NCBI GenBank assembly: GCA_964387555.1
Contig: CAYLXM010000014.1
Location: 8,901-72,900, forward strand
Source of the DNA: an uncultured Rhodothermales bacterium
GTDB lineage: Bacteria > Bacteroidota > Rhodothermia > Rhodothermales > CAYLXM01
Direction of reading: 5' to 3'
Length of the DNA stretch: 64,000 bases
Shown: piece after piece, positions 27,499-37,400 of the stretch
How positions within the stretch are numbered: position 1 is the first letter of the stretch
Layout: each line of letters begins with the position of its first letter
Notes under the pieces: generated by a model
Databases searched by the model: none
Told to the model about the DNA's origin: nothing
What the model saw: only the letters and a program-made list of their open reading frames with translations
Made by a program: the position numbers and the translations under genes

Positions 27499-28251
27499 AT
27501 GTTTCTGCAGGTTTCTCACATCACAAAATCGTATCGACACGAGGAGGTGCTACATGGCGTCTCCCTCTCGGTCGAGCGCGGGAAGACCCTGGCCATTCTG
27601 GGCCGCTCGGGGAGTGGGAAGACGACCCTGTTGAAGATTCTGGCCGGACTGGAGCATCCCGATGGGGGAGAGGCCTACCTCGACGGTCGCCCTCTGTTCG
27701 GTCTGCCGCCTCAACGTCGGCGCACGGTCTATCTCTACCAGGAACCCCTGCTCTTCCCCCACCTCAACGTATTTGAAAACGTCGCCTTCGGACTGCGCCT
27801 GAAGCGGGTTTCGAATGACGAGGTGACCGCCGGTGTGAGGTCGCTGCTCGCCGAACTCGAATTGAGTGACCATGCCGACAAGCAACCGGGTCAACTTTCG
27901 GGCGGACAACGTCAGCGCGTAGCCTTCGGCAGGGCCATCATCGTCCGCCCGGCGCTCCTTCTGCTCGACGAACCATTCGGGGCACTGGACGTCGACGTAC
28001 GGATGGCCATGCAATCCCTCTTCAGGCGGCTCTCAGCCCGATTTGAAATGACGACCCTGTTCGTGACCCACGACGTGAAAGAGGCGCTTACGGTGGGTGA
28101 CTCCGTGGCCCGCCTTGCCGCGGGTCGCCTCCACCAGTACGACTCCGTTGCACAGTTCGTGAACGATCCATCGTCAGGCGCTGCGCGGGAGATTGCGTTC
28201 TGGTCATCCCTGCCGTCCTCTGATTCATTGGGATCCCATGCTGATTCGTGA
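27499..28251 (+). CDS. ABC transporter ATP-binding protein
   Basis: The start was trimmed to the ATG at 27499. Motifs present are Walker A GRSGSGKTT, the signature LSGGQRQRVAFGRAI and Walker B LLLLDEPFGALD. Confidence 0.92.
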   Translation: MFLQVSHITKSYRHEEVLHGVSLSVERGKTLAILGRSGSGKTTLLKILAGLEHPDGGEAYLDGRPLFGLPPQRRRTVYLYQEPLLFPHLNVFENVAFGLRLKRVSNDEVTAGVRSLLAELELSDHADKQPGQLSGGQRQRVAFGRAIIVRPALLLLDEPFGALDVDVRMAMQSLFRRLSARFEMTTLFVTHDVKEALTVGDSVARLAAGRLHQYDSVAQFVNDPSSGAAREIAFWSSLPSSDSLGSHADS

Positions 28252-28348
28252 TGCCGAGGATAGCGGGTGGACGCAAAAATCCCGAGGATGGGCTCCGGCC
28301 ACGAAGGATTGATCCGGCGATCCTCCACATACTTCGAATACGTAACGC

Positions 28349-29152
28349 ATGAATGAGCCCTTGCCTACCGTCGGCGCCATCGTCGGCAGTGCGTTTTCAC
28401 TCGATTTTGTCGAGGCCCTGAACGGGCGTGAGGTTCGAATCGACACGCCATGGGGCGGATGGCGCCTGTGGGAAGTCATGGCGGATACGGGCACTGCGCT
28501 CCTGTCGTACCGCCACGAAATTCCTCACCGTTTTCTGCCGAATCAAATCCCCTACCGTGCCCAGGCGATCGCACTGGCCAGGGCGGGCTGCCGATCCCTC
28601 CTTGTGACCAGTTCAGTCGGGGTTCTCGACCCGGAACTGCCGCTCTATCAGCCACTCCTAGTCGGCGACATCCTTACCATGGACAATCGGCTGCCGGACG
28701 GCACCGCGTGTACGCTGTTCGACGAGCGGTCTGATCACCACGCCCATCTGGTACTCAAAGAGGGCCTCTTGTCGCGGCGTTTGACCGCAACCGTCGCAGA
28801 CATGTGTAAGGAGGAGGGTGCGCCGGCGTGCCAGGGCATCGTTTTTGGATACGCAGGCGGGCCGAGAACCAAGACGGCTGCCGAGAATCGGGCCTGGCGC
28901 CTGTTGGGGGCACAAGTGAACTCGATGACGGTTGCCCCGGAAGTGATTCTCGCCAATGAACTGGAGATCCCGTGCGCGGTGCTGGCAGTCGGCCACAAGT
29001 ACTCTCTGCCCTCCGGGACAGAGATGATAGATAATGCGTCCATCGCCCGTTCGCTCGAGGAGTCCGAGCGCGCCACCCGGCGCATCGTCAGCCGCTTCCT
29101 CCAATCGGCGAGACCGGTACCCTTCCTCAATGAACTCTATCGCTTTCGGTGA
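28349..29152 (+). CDS. MTAP-like nucleoside phosphorylase (PNP/MTAP family)
   Basis: 267-aa ORF. VGAIVGSAF...TPWG....L.YRHEIPH...PNQIPYRAQAIALARAGCRSLLVTSSVGVL...GP..KTAAE......GAQVNSMTVAPEVILANELEIPCAVLAV is collinear with the MTAP pattern (IGIIGGSG...TPYG...RHG..H..P..INYRANI.AL...G....SA.GSL...GP.FET.AE...GAD.VGMT..PE..LARE). Confidence 0.75.
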   Translation: MNEPLPTVGAIVGSAFSLDFVEALNGREVRIDTPWGGWRLWEVMADTGTALLSYRHEIPHRFLPNQIPYRAQAIALARAGCRSLLVTSSVGVLDPELPLYQPLLVGDILTMDNRLPDGTACTLFDERSDHHAHLVLKEGLLSRRLTATVADMCKEEGAPACQGIVFGYAGGPRTKTAAENRAWRLLGAQVNSMTVAPEVILANELEIPCAVLAVGHKYSLPSGTEMIDNASIARSLEESERATRRIVSRFLQSARPVPFLNELYRFR

Positions 29153-30258
29153 ATACACCTTTCTCACGGTCTGACTGGTCGGATGCGGACTATCTTGCCC
29201 GGCACCTCCCGCTCCTTGACCCAACGCTCGAGCCGATCGGGCGCCCGCAGCGTCTGGCGGGCGGACTGCTGAATATCGTATGGCGCGTCCCTACGCGCCT
29301 CGGCTATCGGATCATCAAGGTTGCTCCCCCCTTCATCGCCTCGGCGCCCGACATCGCGCTCGATTCCCGGCGGAGTCATTTCGAGGCCGATGCCCTTGCC
29401 CTCTTCTCGCACGGGGGAGCACTTGGTCGGCTCGCCGACGACCGGGTGCGTCCGCCGCGTCTCATCCGGTTCGTCCCGCAGGTTCCATTGCTCGTTCTGG
29501 AGGATCTGGGGGATCTCCCTGATCTGCAAAAAGCGGCCGGACAGGAGGTGCCGCTCGACGAACATGGCGCACACCTCGGCAGGTTCATCGGTGACCTCCA
29601 CGCTGTCTCGAGCGGGCTCCCGGAGCTCGGCGTTCGCTTTCGCAACACGGAGATTCAAACGACACGCCGAAGTATCCAGTATGCCGGCGTTGCGCAGGCA
29701 CTGGTGAAGCGCTTTGGCGAATCGATCGAACCATTGGGCAGTGCACTCGCCGACCTTGGGGATCGACTGCTCGGACCCGGCCGCTGTCTCACCATGGGAG
29801 ACTTGTGGCCCGCCTCCATTTTGATCGGGGGGCCCACCCTCCGTCTCATTGACTGGGAATTTGTTCATTTCGGTCAGCCCCTTCAGGATGCAGCGCACCT
29901 GCTGGCACACACCTGGATGCTCCGGCATCGTTCGCCCTCCCCGGCAGTCACACGTGGACTTGAAACGTTTGAGCGTGCGTTCCTTGATGCCTATCGGGAG
30001 GCGCTGGGCGAAAGGGTCTCTTTTCTCTGGGACGCTCCTGCGAGGCAGGACGCGGGCCTCCATTTCGCGGCAGAGATCCTCGTTCGCACGATCGGAGCGT
30101 TCAGCAATACCGGACCCTATGCCGGCGACACCGATGGGCCTGCGGTCGGAGAGGCTGTCGCCTTCGCGATCGAGATGGCGAAGGGCGGCGAAGAGCAGTC
30201 TCCCTTTGTCGGTCTGGCGAAAGCGGCCGAGCCTTTCAGTTCGCAGGCTCCAGAATGA
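29149..30258 (+). CDS. APH-fold phosphotransferase, 5-methylthioribose kinase (MtnK)-like
   Basis: The GTG start overlaps the upstream stop (GTGA at 29149-29152). The catalytic loop CLTMGDLWPASILI aligns by eye with MtnK LIHGDLHTGSI, which has Ser in place of the usual Asn. LRLIDWEFVHFG corresponds to the IDxEF metal-binding motif. Confidence 0.65.
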   Translation: MNTPFSRSDWSDADYLARHLPLLDPTLEPIGRPQRLAGGLLNIVWRVPTRLGYRIIKVAPPFIASAPDIALDSRRSHFEADALALFSHGGALGRLADDRVRPPRLIRFVPQVPLLVLEDLGDLPDLQKAAGQEVPLDEHGAHLGRFIGDLHAVSSGLPELGVRFRNTEIQTTRRSIQYAGVAQALVKRFGESIEPLGSALADLGDRLLGPGRCLTMGDLWPASILIGGPTLRLIDWEFVHFGQPLQDAAHLLAHTWMLRHRSPSPAVTRGLETFERAFLDAYREALGERVSFLWDAPARQDAGLHFAAEILVRTIGAFSNTGPYAGDTDGPAVGEAVAFAIEMAKGGEEQSPFVGLAKAAEPFSSQAPE

Positions 30259-31090
30259 GTTGGAGCATTCGAAGGATCTCATGGCGCATCTGGTGGCGAT
30301 GCACCACGCGGTCAACAAAACCCTTCTCCATCACGAACTCGGCGGTCTGGAACTCGGTCGGAAGATCCTGTCCGATCGTCTCGCGAATGACCCGGGGACC
30401 GGCGAAACCGATCAGGGCCTTCGGCTCGGCGAAATGGAAATCACCGAGCATCGCGAAGGAAGCGGTGACGCCGCCCGTAGTAGGATGGGTCAGGATGGAG
30501 AAGAAGGGCAGTCCCGTCTCCTGAAACCGCGCGAGCCAGGCGCTCGTCTTGGCCATCTGCATGAGGCTCAGGGCGCCCTCCATCATTCGTGCTCCACCGC
30601 TCTGAGCGACGATGATCAACGGCAGATGCTCTTCGCAGGCCCGCCGGATGGTGCGGGCAACGATTTCACCAACCACGGAGCCCATTGAGCCACCGATGAA
30701 ATTGAACTCCATGGCTGCGGCGGAGACCCGAAACGGGCCCACGTGTCCAATGGCCGACCGCACCGCATCATTTAGCCCGGTCTTCTTGCGCGCCGCATCA
30801 ACACGCTCGCCGTATGGTTTGCGGTCCCTGAACTCCAGCGGATCTCCCGGCAGGAGGTTCTCATCGTACAACTCGAAATCCCCGTCTCCAAACAGAAGCC
30901 TCAGATAACCAAGACTATCCATGGGGAAGTGGTGGTCACAGTCGGGACAAACACGCAGATTGTCCTCCCAATCGTGGCGGCTCAAAATTGCCTTGCACTG
31001 TGGACAATTGAGCCAGTATCCATCGGGTACCGTGTTTCGGTCGCGGGCATCGGTCGTGATACCGGCGACTTTGCGCTTGAACCAGGACAT
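30236..31090 (-). CDS. accD: acetyl-CoA carboxylase carboxyltransferase beta subunit
   Basis: It has the N-terminal zinc ribbon CPQC...CPDC and the carboxyltransferase core GGSMGSVVGE and SGGARMMEG. Confidence 0.93.
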   Translation of the reverse strand: MSWFKRKVAGITTDARDRNTVPDGYWLNCPQCKAILSRHDWEDNLRVCPDCDHHFPMDSLGYLRLLFGDGDFELYDENLLPGDPLEFRDRKPYGERVDAARKKTGLNDAVRSAIGHVGPFRVSAAAMEFNFIGGSMGSVVGEIVARTIRRACEEHLPLIIVAQSGGARMMEGALSLMQMAKTSAWLARFQETGLPFFSILTHPTTGGVTASFAMLGDFHFAEPKALIGFAGPRVIRETIGQDLPTEFQTAEFVMEKGFVDRVVHRHQMRHEILRMLQLILEPAN

Positions 31091-31153
31091 AGGGGGTAGA
31101 TTTGTGCTAGCCAGGGGAGAGGATATTGACGAAATGCAATCGTGCGCAAGGGC

Positions 31154-31891
31154 TCACGTGTCAGATTTGCGTACTCCGCCAAATCCAGGGACAGGTACGG
31201 TAGCGTGGAAGGCTTTCAGATAGAACGGCTCGAAGGAGTGAAGGTCCTCGACATGTCCTGCCTGAAGACGCTCGTTTCCGATATGGCCAACCCAGGAAGC
31301 GTCAAATCCCGGCACGGGTCCCGGAATGGTCCTTATGATGCTCGCTTTGTGGGCAATGGACGGCAAAAGCCGGGATGCGCCCTCCCCGACAAGCAGCACG
31401 GAATCGCCACGCGCGGGAAGCAGGGCGGAGAAATCCGAAACAGCGACGGCCAATCCATCGACCAGTGCATCGAGCCTACCGTTGTCCCTCACCCGATAGA
31501 CCGCAGCATACACCTCATCACGGCGTGACGGGAGTGCGCAGGCGACAATGCCCCCGGCAGGCAGGAAGGCCGCAGCCGCTCGGGCCCGGGCGTACAGGGA
31601 ATGTACCGCGATAAGCTTCGCCCCGATCGCAAACGCAAACCCCTTCGCGGCGGAGACACCGATTCGAAGTCCCGTGTAGGAACCCGGACCCGCAGAAACC
31701 GCCACAGCGGCGATGTCCGCCGGGCCGACGTTCGCCATCTCCAATGCGTCCCGAATGAGCAACGGCAGCCGCTCGGCATGCGCCCTGGGTAGCGAGACGG
31801 AAAGCGATGCAACGACTTCATTCGCCTTGAGGACCGATACGCTGCAGAGCTGGGCGGCGGTCTCAATCGCCAGAACTCCGGGTTCGCTCAT
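31154..31891 (-). CDS. tsaB: tRNA t6A37 biosynthesis protein TsaB (YeaZ)
   Basis: LAIETAAQLCSVSVL...IAAVAVSAGPGSYTGLRIGVSAAKGFAFA is the typical TsaB N-terminal ASKHA fold. Confidence 0.85.
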   Translation of the reverse strand: MSEPGVLAIETAAQLCSVSVLKANEVVASLSVSLPRAHAERLPLLIRDALEMANVGPADIAAVAVSAGPGSYTGLRIGVSAAKGFAFAIGAKLIAVHSLYARARAAAAFLPAGGIVACALPSRRDEVYAAVYRVRDNGRLDALVDGLAVAVSDFSALLPARGDSVLLVGEGASRLLPSIAHKASIIRTIPGPVPGFDASWVGHIGNERLQAGHVEDLHSFEPFYLKAFHATVPVPGFGGVRKSDT

Positions 31892-32121
31892 GGTCTGTAA
31901 TTTGGCCGGTCATTCACCCCGCGATCGCGTTTTCTACCCGCGTGGATATGGCGTCAATCCGCGATTTTGGCTGGAGATTTCCCGTCGTTGGGCTATCTTA
32001 TAATTCTGTGCCGTGGCTGATACGCGGCACTTCATCGCTGATTAGCCAGGCTCCCACCAGGAAGTCGATGGTTGGATGCCATGCACTTCCTTACGGCCTG
32101 GGTTACGAGTAATCAAAGAGA

Positions 32122-34251
32122 ATGGGTATGAACGTCTACGATGCCGGCAAGGTCCGCAACCTCGTCCTCGTGGGACACCAGGGAAGCGGAAAAACCCTCC
32201 TTACGGAGGCCATGCTGTTTACTTCCAAAGTCTTGAATCGCATGGGTTCCATCGAAGAGGGATCCACAGTAAGCGACTACAGGCCCAGCGAGAAGGAACG
32301 TCAAATGTCGGTTTTCGGATCGCTGGTCCATATTCCCTGGGAAGGCCACAAGATCAACGTGCTGGACACGCCGGGGTATCCCGACTTTGCCGGAGAGGTC
32401 ATTTCTTCCCTCAAGGTTGCTGATCTGGCTGTTTTCGTGATCAACGCAACGGAAGGCGTACAGGTCGGCACAGAGCTTTCATGGGAATATGCCGACCGGC
32501 ATATGAAACCCGCCATGTTCGTTCTGAACAAGATTGACAGCGTGGATGCCCCGTTTGATACGGTGGTCGATCCATTGCGCGCCCGGTTTGGCCATTCCGC
32601 TACGGTGGTTCAGTTTCCGGTCGGAGGAATCGGTACTCGGTCGCTGGTTGATGTATTGCTCATGAAACAACTGGTGTTCTCTGCAGACGGGCGGACGTTC
32701 GAGGTTACCGATATCGAACCCGAGCATCGGGAGCGGGCGGACACGCTCCATAACGAACTCGTGGAGAACATTGCGGAAAACGATGAGCGCCTGATGGAAC
32801 TCTACTTCGAAAAGGGCGAACTGACCGAAGATGAGATGAGACAGGGGCTGCATACCGCGATGGTGAAACGGCAACTCTTCCCCATATTCCTCACTGGATC
32901 GAAGTCCAACCTGGGAGTGGGCAGACTGCTGGATTTCATCAAGAATGTCGCGCCCTCTCCGCTTGATTTTCCGGAAGCGGAAACCATCGAAGGCACCATA
33001 GCCTGCGATGCCACCGCCGATCCCGCGGCGCTCGTGTTTCGGACCGTTTCAGAGCAGCACGTCGGCGACTATTCCTTCTTCAAAGTGTATTCCGGTACAC
33101 TCACGCAGGGACTCGATCTGGAAAACGCACAGACCCGTGAGATAGAACGACTCGGGCCCCTCTACCTCATGAACGGACACGACAGGGAAAACGTCGAGCG
33201 GATATCCGCGGGCGATATGGGCGCGGTGGTGAAGCTGAAGAACACGCACACCAACAACACCCTTCGCAAAAAAGGACTTAACGCGACCATCGCTCCGATC
33301 GAGTTTCCTGCACCCAAGTACCGCGTCTCCGTCCGTCCCTCCAAGGTGGGCGACGAGGACAAGCTGGCGCAGGGACTCAGCATGATCTCGGAAGAAGATC
33401 CGTCGCTCATCGTCGAGCACGACACCAGTCTGAGCCAGATGATTCTGGCCGGCCAGGGCGAAATGCACCTGAACATCGCCAAGAATCGGCTGAAGAGCCG
33501 ATTTGGGACCGATGTCGACTTCATGACGCCCAAGATCTCCTACCGGGAAACCGTCACGGGAAGAGGAGATGCGTCGTACAGACACAAGAAGCAGACCGGA
33601 GGCGCCGGACAGTTTGCCGATATCACGCTCTTCGTCGAACCGGGCAGTGAACCGTTCGATCCGCCCTCCAACATCAACGTTCGCAATACGGAGGTCCTGC
33701 AGACAAGCTGGGGTTCCAAAATTGAGTTCATCGACGCCATCGTCGGCGGCGTCATCGACATGCGACGGTTTTTCGGGGCCATCCAGAAGGGCATCGCTGA
33801 TGTACTTCAAGTCGGCCCCCTCGCAGGGTACCCGGTTGGAGACGTTCGCGTCGTGATCTACGACGGTGGCATGCACGCCGTAGACTCCAACGAAAACGCG
33901 TTCAAGACCGCGGCGAAGATGTGTTTCAAGGCGGCCTTCAACAAGGCCCAGCCGGTCATGCTCGAACCCATCCACGAATTGGAGGTCACCGTCCCGGAAG
34001 CCTACATGGGTGATGTCCTGGGTGACCTCAATACGCGCCGCGCCCGCGTCCAGGGCATGGAGGCGGAAGGCGTCTTTCAGAAAATCAAGGCCATCGTTCC
34101 CGAAGCTGAACTGCATCGCTACTCCACCTCCCTGCGATCCCTCACCCAGGGCCGTGGCGTCCACGCGTCAAGGTTCCTTCAGTACGAAGCCGTACCACGG
34201 CACGTACAGGACAAAATCATCGAAGAGTCGGCAAAAACAGAGTCGGAATAA
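32122..34251 (+). CDS. elongation factor G paralog (EF-G-like translational GTPase)
   Basis: 709-aa ORF with G1 GHQGSGKT, G3 DTPGYPDF and G4 LNKID. The C-terminal domains III-V are collinear with EF-G (...SYRETV...KKQTGGAGQFA...). It is not in an str-operon context. Confidence 0.88.
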   Translation: MGMNVYDAGKVRNLVLVGHQGSGKTLLTEAMLFTSKVLNRMGSIEEGSTVSDYRPSEKERQMSVFGSLVHIPWEGHKINVLDTPGYPDFAGEVISSLKVADLAVFVINATEGVQVGTELSWEYADRHMKPAMFVLNKIDSVDAPFDTVVDPLRARFGHSATVVQFPVGGIGTRSLVDVLLMKQLVFSADGRTFEVTDIEPEHRERADTLHNELVENIAENDERLMELYFEKGELTEDEMRQGLHTAMVKRQLFPIFLTGSKSNLGVGRLLDFIKNVAPSPLDFPEAETIEGTIACDATADPAALVFRTVSEQHVGDYSFFKVYSGTLTQGLDLENAQTREIERLGPLYLMNGHDRENVERISAGDMGAVVKLKNTHTNNTLRKKGLNATIAPIEFPAPKYRVSVRPSKVGDEDKLAQGLSMISEEDPSLIVEHDTSLSQMILAGQGEMHLNIAKNRLKSRFGTDVDFMTPKISYRETVTGRGDASYRHKKQTGGAGQFADITLFVEPGSEPFDPPSNINVRNTEVLQTSWGSKIEFIDAIVGGVIDMRRFFGAIQKGIADVLQVGPLAGYPVGDVRVVIYDGGMHAVDSNENAFKTAAKMCFKAAFNKAQPVMLEPIHELEVTVPEAYMGDVLGDLNTRRARVQGMEAEGVFQKIKAIVPEAELHRYSTSLRSLTQGRGVHASRFLQYEAVPRHVQDKIIEESAKTESE

Positions 34252-34275
34252 GACGACCTATCGCGCCACTGCCGG

Positions 34276-34315
34276 AGGCCGACGCGTACTCACTGCGCGT
34301 CGGCCTTCCCTTTTT
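34276..34315 (+). terminator. rho-independent terminator after the EF-G paralog
   Basis: The 11-bp stem aggccgacgcg / cgcgtcggcct is followed by tcccttttt. Confidence 0.8.
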
Positions 34316-34490
34316 AAGGAAGTTGAGATTTTGAGCCGTTTTTTCGAAGGCAGTACTGGCTTGTAAACGAAAAGAGAAGCGCTTCCACCTCATTTCACGG
34401 AGTTGACGCGACGAGGTGCCCGAATACGACGTTATATATAGGGCTCGAATAGTGTACCTGGAGTAATCCGTCAACGAGGAGCTTGAACCC

Positions 34491-37400
34491 ATGGCGGCTC
34501 ATTACCGTGCCGAAGATCCCGCTCAGGATCCTTCCGTCTCTTTCCGCCGACTCAGATGGGAAGATCGCCCCGAGCATGACGCATGTGCCATCGTAGCCCG
34601 TGTGCGAAAGGACGGCGTGCCGACCCACGGCAACGTGGAACGGACGCTGGCCGCGCTGGGGCACATGGCGCACCGAACCGGCGAGATCGATCAAGAGGGA
34701 GACGGGACCGGAATCCAGACCGACATCCCGCGCGACATCTGGAAACGCAAACTGGATAGCAAAGGCCTTCGCGAGGAGGTCGTCGTCCTGTCCTCTTTCA
34801 CGGTCGGGCACATTCTCATTCGCGACCGTGCCGCCGACGAAATGCGGGGCGCGCTTCGCAGCATCCGAGAGGTGTTGATGGAGCACGGCTTCGATGTGGT
34901 CTACATGGAGAAGGCATCCGTCCGCTCCGAAGCCCTGGGTCCCCTGGCTTCCGACATTGAACCGGTCTGGTTTCAGGTCGCCTGCGTTCCAAAGGCCTAC
35001 CGGCGGGTAGACTTCGTTGATTCGTACAATGCGTCACTGGCCATCGAGGGGCTCGCCGGCGGCATCCATGTCGCGTCCTTGGGCCACAACTCCGTAGTCT
35101 ATAAGGTCCGGGGAGATGTCAAGACACTCGGGACCTATTTCCCGGATCTGTCCGATCCCGGCTACAAATCGGCTATTGCGCTCGGCCATGGGCGCTACTC
35201 GACCAATACGTGCTCCGTTCACGAACGGGCTCAGATGTGTTCGACGCTCGGACACAACGGGGAGATCAATACGATCGCCCAACTCCGGCGCCAGATGAAA
35301 ATGCTGGGGCTGCCTGCCGCCATCGAGGGATCGGACTCGCAGGACGTTGACCGCCTGATTGAGGGGCTCATGTTCCGGTACGGCTTCTCCCTGATGGAGG
35401 CGATGGAGATCGTATTTCCTCCCGTTTGGAGCGAAGTGAAGAGGCTTCCTGAGAGCTTCCACAGCGCCTACCGGTATTTCCGGCGCGCACTTGGACTGAT
35501 GGCCCAGGGACCGGCCGCCATCATTGCGCGCCAGGGCGACGAGCTGGTTTTCTCCGTCGATGTACTCGGACTGCGCCCGCTCTGGGTCGGCGAGACAGAG
35601 AAGGAGTTCTTTGCCAGCAGCGAAAAGAGCGTATTCGGGATCGAAGCCATGGTTTCCGATCCCCAGCCGCTCGCCCCGGGAGAGAAACGGGCCTTCCAGC
35701 TCCGGCGACCCGAGGTCTCCATCAATCCGATGAACGGGTATCCGACCATCGTCCCGGGCGGCGTCACCGTTTTCGAAAACCAGGACATCCAACACTTCTT
35801 CTCCGAAGCCTTCAACAGGCGCCGCGGGAACGTCGTCGACCGTCTCCTCGAGCCGGAGGCCGCGTCGGGCACAGGACCCGTCCCGGCCGTTGTCCCCATT
35901 CCCGAAACCAAAACCAATGCCATGCTTTCGGCATTTGGGTGGCAGCGCGGGGACATCGAGATGGCGGTCGACATGGCCGGCTCTGGCAAGGAGGTGATCG
36001 GATCGATCGGATACGATGGACCGCTCGCGGTTCTATCCGACGATCTTTCCAATCTGTCCGATTTCTTCAAAGAGCGGGTTGCCGTCGTTACGAACCCGGC
36101 GATCGACCGCGTGCGCGAAGGGTCCCACTTCTCGACCGAAGTCTTTCTGGGCGGACGACCAGACCTGAGGTCGGACGATCCATCTCGGCTGGAGAGTCTG
36201 CAAATTCGCTTGAACTCGCCGCTGGTTCCGGCGGCTGCGACGTTCCATCAGAATTCCGAGGTGGAGCCACTGCTTCGGGAGGCATCCTCCAACCTGGGGG
36301 TCCTGACACTGGAGCAGATCATCGCCGGATGTCGAGACAATGCCGACGCGCCAACGGCAATCACGCTGTCGATCTGCTATCCGAGGAGCCTGCCGCTGGT
36401 GGATGCGCTTCGCCGGCTCGAACGCAAGGCGGTCGAGTCTGCGCGTGCGCATCGCACTTCTATTATCGTGCTGGACGACCGGGATGCATTCACGGGATCG
36501 GAAGGCGAGGAGCTGCTTCCCATCGATGCACACCTGGCGGTCGCCGTCGTCAACCGCGTGCTCGAAAATGAACGGCGCAGGTGGGACGTGGCGGATCTCG
36601 TCAGTCTCCGGCGGACGACGAGCCTCGTCCTGTGCACCGGAGCGATCCGGCACGTCCACGATGCCGTCGTCGCTCTCGGTCTGGGAGCGAACGCGATCTC
36701 CCCCTATCTGCTGATCGAACAGGCGCTGTCGACAGGGGAGGAGGGGCCAAACCAACTGGCGGCTGTCGTCCGGTTGCTCTCCTCATTAACCGAGGGTATT
36801 GAGAAGGTCATATCAACCATCGGCATCCACGAACTGGCGGGGTACTGGCATGGGTTCGCGTCGATCGGGTTGACCCACGAACTGGCAATCTTCCTGGGGG
36901 TCACGAATTATTGCGGACATGCAACCCGGGGATGGGGCATCGACGATCTTGAACGCACGGCCCTGCAGCGGCTGGAGCTTGCGCTGTCCGACCGGCTCGC
37001 CAAACCACCGGTCGAGGATCGACTTTATCCCAAGATATGGAAACTGGCAGGCGACGTGGCCCAGAGCCAAAAGAACTACACCGCCTTTATGGAGCGGGTG
37101 AAGAAATATGAAATCGAGGCCCCCGTCGCACTCAGGCACACCCTGGAACTGGCCGCGGCCGGTCCGGCGCTGACACCCGAGGAAGTCGATCTCACCATTG
37201 ACGGCTACGACGCTCCGTTTTACATCCCGGCGATGAGTTTCGGCTCACAGGGGGAGACCTCCTTTCGCGCGTATGCCGAAGCGGCACGTCGCCTGAATGT
37301 CCCCTGCATTAACGGAGAAGGAGGGGAGATCCCGGACATGATCGGGCGCTACTGGCGCCACAGAGGGCAGCAGGTCGCGTCCGGCCGGTTCGGCGTGAAC

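Noticed and set aside
30236-30258. There is a 23-nt convergent overlap between the MtnK-like gene and accD, and a 28-nt overlap between the TIGR02757 gene and a flavin reductase at 60680-60707.
   Set aside because: Short convergent 3' overlaps are common in compact high-GC genomes. Nothing in the sequence suggests antisense regulation beyond that.
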